DNA from: Eledone cirrhosa
Taxonomy: Eukaryota
Assembly: GCA_964016885.1 (NCBI GenBank)
Contig: OZ024741.1
Coordinates: 17,422,001 to 17,486,000 of the forward strand
Length of the DNA: 64,000 nt
Reading direction: 5' to 3'
Shown piece by piece: positions 56,901 through 64,000 of this stretch. Made by a program: the position numbers and the translations under genes. The notes under the pieces are model-generated. The model did not search any database. It was not told the DNA's origin and saw nothing but the letters and a program-made list of their open reading frames with translations. Positions within the stretch are counted from its first letter, which is position 1. Each line of letters starts with the position of its first letter.

Positions 56901-59900
56901 GAGTCAGACTCTCCACCAATACTGCCAATCCACCACCCTAACATGGCATCAGACCCTCTACCGATACTGCCAATCCACCGCCCTAGCATGGCATCAGACC
57001 CTCTACCGATACTACCAATCCACCACCCTAACATGGCGTCAGACCCTCTACCGATACTGCCAATCCACCACCCTAACATGGCGTCAGACCCTCTACCGAT
57101 ACTACCAATCCACCACCCTAACATGGCGTCAGACCCTCCACCGATACTGCCAATCCACCACCCTAACATGGCGTCAGACCCTCTACCGATACTACCAATC
57201 CACCACCCTAACATGGCGTCAGACCGTCCACCGATACTGCCAATCCACCACCCTAGCATGGCGTCAGACCCTCTACCGATACTACCAATCCACCACCCTA
57301 ACATGGCGTCAGACCCTCTACCGATACTGCCAATCCACCACCCTAACATGGCGTCAGACCCTCTACCGATACTGCCAATCCACCACCCTAGCATGGCGTC
57401 AGACCCTCTACCGATACTGCCAATCCACCACCCTAACATGGCGTCAGACCCTCTACCGATACTACCAATCCACCATCCTAGCATGGCATCAGACCCTCCA
57501 CCGATACTGCCAATCCACCACCCTAACATCGCGTCCGACCCTCTACCGATACTACCAATCCACCACCCTAACATGGCGTCAGACCCTCTACCGATACTGC
57601 CAATCCACCAACCTAACATGGCATCAGACCCTCCACCGATACTGCCAATCCACCACCCTAGCATGGCGTCAGACCCTCCACCGATACTACCAATCCAGCA
57701 CCCTAACATGGCGTCAGACCCTCCACCGATACTACCAATCCACCACCCTAACATGGCATCAGACCCTTTACCGATACAACCAATCCAACACCCTAACATG
57801 GCGTCAGACCCTCCACCGATACTGCCACTCCACCACCCTAGCATGGCGTCAGACCCTCTGCCGATACTGCCAATCTACCACCCTAACGTGGCATCAGACC
57901 CTCCACCGATACTACCAAGCCACCACCCTAGCATGGCGTCAGACCCTCTACCGATACTGACAATCCACCACCCTAACATGTTGTCCGACCCTCTACCGAT
58001 ACTGCCAATCCACCACCCTAACATGGTGTCCGACCCTCTACCGATACTACAAATCCACCACGCTAACATGGCATCCGACCCTCTACCGATACTACCAATC
58101 CACCACCCTAATATGGCGTCAGACCCTCCACCGATACTGCCAATCCACCACCCTAACATGGCGTCAGACCCTCTACCGATACTACCAATCCACCACCCTA
58201 GCATGGCATCAGACCCTCCACCGATACTGCCAATCCACCACCCTAACATGGCGTCCAACCCTCTACCTACACTGCCAATCCACCACCCTAACATGGCGTC
58301 AGACCCTCTACCGATACTGCCAATCTACCACCCTAACATGGCATCAGACCCTCCTCCGATACAACCAATCCACCACCCTAGCATGGCGTCCAACCCTCTA
58401 CCGATTCTGCCAATCCACCACCCTAACATGGCGTCCTACACTCCACCGATACTACCAATCCACCACCCTAGCATGGCGTCAGACCCTCTACCGATACTGC
58501 CAATCTACCACCCTAACATGGCATCAGACCCTCCACCGATACTACCAATCCACCACCCTAGCATGGCGTCAGACCCTCTACCGATACTGCCAATCCACCA
58601 CCCTAACATGGTGTCCGACCCTCTACCGATACTACCAATCTACCACCCTAACATGGCATCAGACCCTCCACCGATACTACCAATCCACCACCCTAGCATG
58701 GTGTCCGACCTTCTACCGATACTGCGAATCCACCACCCTAACATGGCGTCAGACCCTCTACCGATACTGCCAATCAACCACCCTAACATGGTGTCCGACC
58801 CTCTACCGATACTACCAATCCACCACCCTAGCATTGCGTCTGACCCTCCACCGATACTGCCAATCCACCACCCTAGCATGGCGTCCGACCCTCTACCGAT
58901 ACTGTCAATCCACCACCCTAACATGGTGTCCGAACCTCTACCGATACTGCCAATCCACCACCGTAACATGGTGTCCGACCCTCTACCGATACTACAAATC
59001 CACCACGCTAACATGGCGTCCGACCCTCTACCGATACTACCAATCTACCACCCTAATATGGCGTCAGACCCTCTACCGATACTACCAATCCACCACCCTA
59101 ACATGGCGTCAGACCCTCTACCGATACTACAAATCCACCACGCTAACATGGCGTCCGACCCTCTACCGATACTACCAATCCACCACCCTAATATGGCGTC
59201 AGACCCTCCACCGATACTGCCAATCCACCACCCTAACATGGCGTCAGACCCTCTACCGATACTACCAATCCACCACCCTAGCATGGCATCAGACCCTCCA
59301 CCGATACTGCCAATCCACCACCCTAACATGGCGTCCAACCCTCTACCTACACTGCCAATCCACCACCCTAACATGGCGTCAGACCCTCTACCGATACTAC
59401 CAATCCACCACCCTAGTATGGCGTCCGACCTTCTACCGATACTGCCAATCCACCACCCTAACATGGCGTCAAACCCTCTACCGATACTGCCAATCCACCA
59501 CCCTAACATGGCATCAGACCCTCTACCGATACTGCCAATCCACCAACCTCACATGGCATCAGACCCTCCACCGATACTGCCAATCCACCACCCTAACATG
59601 GCACCAGACCCTCTACCGATACTGCCAATCCACCACCCTAACATGGCATCAGACCCTCCACCGATACTGCCAATCCACCACCCTAACATGGCATCAGACC
59701 CTCTACCGATACTGTCAATCCACCAACCTAACATGGTATCAGACCCTCCACCGATACTGCCAATCCACCACCCTAACATGGCGTCCGACCCTCTACCGAT
59801 ACTACCAATCCGACGCCCTAACATGGCGTCAGACCCTCTACCGATACTGCCAATCCACCACCCTAACATGGCATCAGACCCTCTACCGATACTGCCAATC

Positions 59901-62900
59901 CACCAACCTAACATGGTATCAGACCCTCTACCGATACTGACAATCCACCACCCTAACATGGCGTCAGACCCTCCACCGATACTACCAATCCACCATCCTA
60001 ACATGGCGTCAGACCCTCCACCGATACTGCCAATCCACCACCCTAACATGGCATCAGACCCTTTACCGATACAACCAATCCAACACCCTAACATGGCGTC
60101 AGACCCTCCACCGATACTGCCAATCCACCACCCTAGCATGGCGTCCAACCCTTTACCGATTCTGCCAATCCACCACCCTAACATGGCGTCCTACCCTCCA
60201 CCGATACAACCAATCCACCACCATAGCATGGCGTCCAACCCTCTACCGATTCTGCCAATCCACCACCCTAACATGGCATCAGACCCTCTACCGATACTAC
60301 CAATCCACCACCCTAACATGGCATCAGACCCTCTACCGATACTACCAATCCACCACCCTAACATGGCGTCCTACCCTCCACCGATACAACCAATCCACCA
60401 CCCTAGCATGGCGCCCAACCCTCTACCGATTCTGCCAATCCACCACCCTAACATGGCATCAGACCCTCTACCGATACTGCCAATCAACCACCCTAAGATG
60501 GCGTCCGACCCTCTACCGATACTACCAATCCACCACCCTAACATGGCGTCCAACCCTCTACCTACACTGCCAATCCAGCACCCTAACATGGCGCCAGACC
60601 CTCTACCGATACTACCAATCCACCACCCTAACATGGCGTCCAACCCTCTACCTACACTGCCAATCCACCACGCTAACATGGCGTCAGACCCTCTACCGAT
60701 ACTGCCAATCTACCACCCTAACATGGCATCAGACCCTCCACCGATACTACCAATCCACCACCCTAGCATGGCGTCCGACCTTCTACCGATACTGCCAATC
60801 CACCACCCTAACATGGCGTCCAACCCTCTACCGATACTGCCAATCCACCACCCTAGCATGGCGTCCAACCCTCTACCGATACTGCCAATCCACCACCCTA
60901 GCATGGCGTCCAACCCTCTACCGATACTGCCAATCCACCACCCTAGCATGGCGTCCAACCCTCTACCGATACTGCCAATCCACCACCCTAACATGGCGTC
61001 AGACCCTCCACCGATACTACCATTCCACCACCCTAACATGGCGTCAGACCCTCCACTGATACTACCAATCCACCACCCTAGCATGGCGTCCAACCCTCCA
61101 CCGATACGACCAATCCACCACCCTAACATGGCGTCAGACCCTCCACCGATACTGCCAATCCACCACCCTAGCATGGCGTCCAACCCTCTACCGATACTGC
61201 CAATCCACCACCCTAACATGGCATCAGACCCTTTACCGATACAACCAATCCAACACCCTAACATGGCGTCAGACCCTCCACCGATACTGCCAATCCACCA
61301 CCCTAGCATGGCGTCCAACCCTTTACCGATTCTGCCAATCCACCACCCTAACATGGCGTCCTACCCTCCACCGATACAACCAATCCACCACCCTAGCATG
61401 GCGTCCAACCCTCTACCGATTCTGCCAATCCACCACCATAACATGGCGTCCTACACTCCTCCGATACAACCAATCCACCACCCTAGCATGGCGTCCAACC
61501 CTCTACCGATTCTGCCAATCCACCACCCTAACATGGCGTCCTACACTCCACCGATACTACCAATCCACCACCCTAGCATGGCGTCAGACCCTCTACCGAT
61601 ACTGCCAATCTACCACCCTAACATGGCATCAGACCCTCCACCGATACTACCAATCCACCACCCTAGCATGGCGTCAGACCCTCTACCGATACTGCCAATC
61701 CACCACCCTAACATGGTGTCCGACCCTCTACCGATACTACCAATCCACCACCCTAACATGGTGTCCGACCCTCTACCGATACTGCCAATCTACCACCCTA
61801 ACATGGCATCAGACCCTCCACCGATACTACCAATCCACCACCCTAGCATGGCGTCCGACCCTCTACCGATACTACCAATCCACCACCCTAACATGGTGTC
61901 CGACCCTCCACCGATACTGCCAATCCACCACCCTAGCATGATGTCCGACCTTCTACCGATACTGCGAATCCACCACCCTAACATGGCGTCAGACCCTCTA
62001 CCGATACTGCCAATCAACCACCCTAACATGGTGTCCGACCCTCTACCGATACTACCAATCCACCACCCTAGCATGGCGTCCAACCCTCTACCGATACTAC
62101 CAATCCACCACCATAACATGGCGTCCGACCCTCTACCGATACTGCCAATCCACCACCCTAACATGGCGTCCGACCCTCTACCGATACTGCCAATCCACCA
62201 CCCTAGCATTGCGTCTGACCCTCCACCGATACTGCCAATCCACCACCCTAGCATGGCGTCCGACCCTCTACCGATACTGTCAATCCACCACCCTAGCATT
62301 GCGTCAGACCCTCCACCGATACTGCCAATCCACCACCCTAGCATGGCATCTGACCCTCTACTGATACTGCCAATCCACCACCCTAACATGGCGTCAGACC
62401 CTCTACCGATACTGCCAATCCACCACCCTAGCATGGCGTCCGACCCTCTACCGATACTGCCAATCTACCACCCTAACATGGCGTCAGACCCTCTACCGAT
62501 ACTGCCAATCCACCACCCTAGCATGGCGTCAGACCCTCCACCGATACTACCAATCCACCACCCTAGCCTGGCGTCCGACCCTCTACCGATACTGCCAATC
62601 CACCAGCCTAACATGGCGTCAGACCCTCCACCGATACTACCAATCCACCACCCTAGCCTGGCGTCCGACCCTCTACCGATACTGCCAATCCACCACCCTA
62701 GCATGGCGTCAGACCCTCCACCGATACTACCAATCCACCACACTAGCATGGCTTTTGACCCTCCACCGATACTGCCAATCCACCACCCTAGCATGGCATC
62801 AGACCCTCTACCGATACTGCCAATCCACCACCCTAGCCTGGCGTCCGACCCTCTACCGATACTGCCAATCCACCACCCTAGCCTGGCGTCCGACCCTCTA

Positions 62901-64000
62901 CCGATACTGCCAATCCACCACCCTAACATGGCGTCAGACCCTCCACCGATACTACCAATCCACCACCCTAGCATGGCGTTTGACCCTCCACCGATACTGC
63001 CAATCCACCACCCTAGCATGGCATCAGACCCTCTACCGATACTGCCAATCCACCACCCTAACATGGCATCAAACATCTACCGATACTACCAATCCACCAC
63101 CCTAACATGGCGTCAGACCCTCCACCGATAGTGCTAATCCACCACCCTAACATGGCGTCAGACCCTCTACCGATACTGCCCATCCACCACCCTAACATGG
63201 CATCAGACCCTCTACCGATACTGCCAATCCACCACCCTAACATGGCGTCAGACCCTCTACCGATACTACCAATCCACCACCCTAACATGGCGTCAGACCC
63301 TCCACCGATACTGCCAATCGACCACCCTAGCATGGCGTCAGACCCTCTACCGATACTGCCAATCCACCACCCTAACATGGCGTCAGACCCTCCACCGATA
63401 CTACCAATCCACCACCCTAACATGGCGTCAGACCCTCCACCGATACTACCAATCCACCACCCTAACATGGCGTCAGACCCTCCACCGATACTGCAAATCC
63501 ACCAACCTAACATGGCATCAGACCCTCCACCGATACTGCCAATCTACCACCCTAACATGGCGTTAGACTCTCTACCGATACTGCCAATCCACCACGCTAA
63601 CATGACGTCAGACCCTCTACCGATACTGCCAATCCACCACCCTAACATGGCATCAGACCCTCTACCGATACTGCCAATCCACCACCCGAACATGGCGTCA
63701 GACCCTCTACCGATACTGCCAATCCACCACCCTAACATGGCGTCAGACCCTCTCCCGATACTGCCAATCCACCACCCTAACATGGCATCAGACCCTCTAC
63801 CGATACTGACAATCCACCACCCGAACATGGCGTCAGACCCTCTACCGATACTGCCAATCCACCACCCTAACATGGCGTCAGACCCTCTACCGATACTGCC
63901 AATCCACCACCCTAACATAGGATCAGACCCTCCACCGATACTGCCAATCCACCACTCTAACATGGCGTCAGACCCTCTACCGATACTGCCAATCCACCAT

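Larger units (their letters stand above)
6035..64000. repeat. 45-bp tandem satellite array, about 1,290 monomers, uninterrupted and running off the window
   Basis: Monomer CATGGCGTCAGACCCTCTACCGATACTGCCAATCCACCACCCTAA with a few recurring variable sites. 57,966 bp / 45 is about 1,288. All monomers are head-to-tail in one orientation, the plus strand is C-rich, and no inserted foreign sequence was seen. Confidence 0.99.

Noticed and set aside
6024-63131. Giant Pro/His-rich ORFs (MASDPLPILPIHHPN)n of up to 2196 aa, and the alternative-frame (WRQTLYRYCQSTTLT)n and (MLGWWIGSIGRGSDA)n ORFs
   Set aside because: A 45-bp unit is 15 codons and is stop-free in several frames by chance. Frame-breaking 17-, 2- and 1-bp deletions and TGA variants have been amplified freely, there is no unique N- or C-terminal domain or signal peptide, and the unit is explained as a SINE head. 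Translation cannot be strictly excluded without Ribo-seq or proteomics.
6035-64000. CRISPR-like array
   Set aside because: The repeats are contiguous with no unique spacers, there are no cas genes, and the context is eukaryotic.
6035-64000. True telomere or interstitial telomeric tract
   Set aside because: There is at most one CCCTAA per 45 bp and it is never in tandem.
6035-64000. Chi-like GGTGGTGG in each monomer as a recombination signal
   Set aside because: It is one mismatch from bacterial Chi (GCTGGTGG), which has no established function in animals, and is expected by chance on a G-rich strand.
6035-64000. The whole array as a sequencing or assembly artefact
   Set aside because: Monomer variants and indels recur in ordered, hierarchically related blocks with private differences, which is typical of real satellite evolution. 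Only the exact copy number of the youngest blocks is uncertain.

Overview
Eukaryotic, gene-free repeat DNA, probably from an octopus or other cephalopod (inferred from the SINE and LINE families). Bases 1-6034 are a dense pile of decayed mobile elements separated by microsatellites: a split and internally deleted RTE-clade LINE, two R4/Dong-like restriction-endonuclease retrotransposon 3' ends both sitting in (CATA)n, a Tx1/L1-like 3' fragment with a 17-bp target-site duplication, a 57-bp-arm hairpin, a probable RTE-derived non-autonomous element, a mariner-type MITE with an internal duplication, and a tRNA-derived SINE on the minus strand. From 6035 to the window end (about 58 kb, about 1,290 monomers, running off the edge) lies one 45-bp tandem satellite, consensus CATGGCGTC(A/C)GACCCTC(T/C)ACCGATACT(A/G)CCAATCCACCACCCTA(A/G). 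The main observation is that the monomer reads as the reverse complement of the A-box-bearing 5' head of the adjacent SINE and joins the SINE body seamlessly, so the satellite appears to have grown in place from a Pol III promoter head. Head-to-tail joining creates a YY1-like site, and many monomers carry one TTAGGG. The array shows kilobase-scale nested duplications marked by shared indels. The very long Pro/His-rich ORFs are by-products of a 15-codon repeat and are not called as genes.
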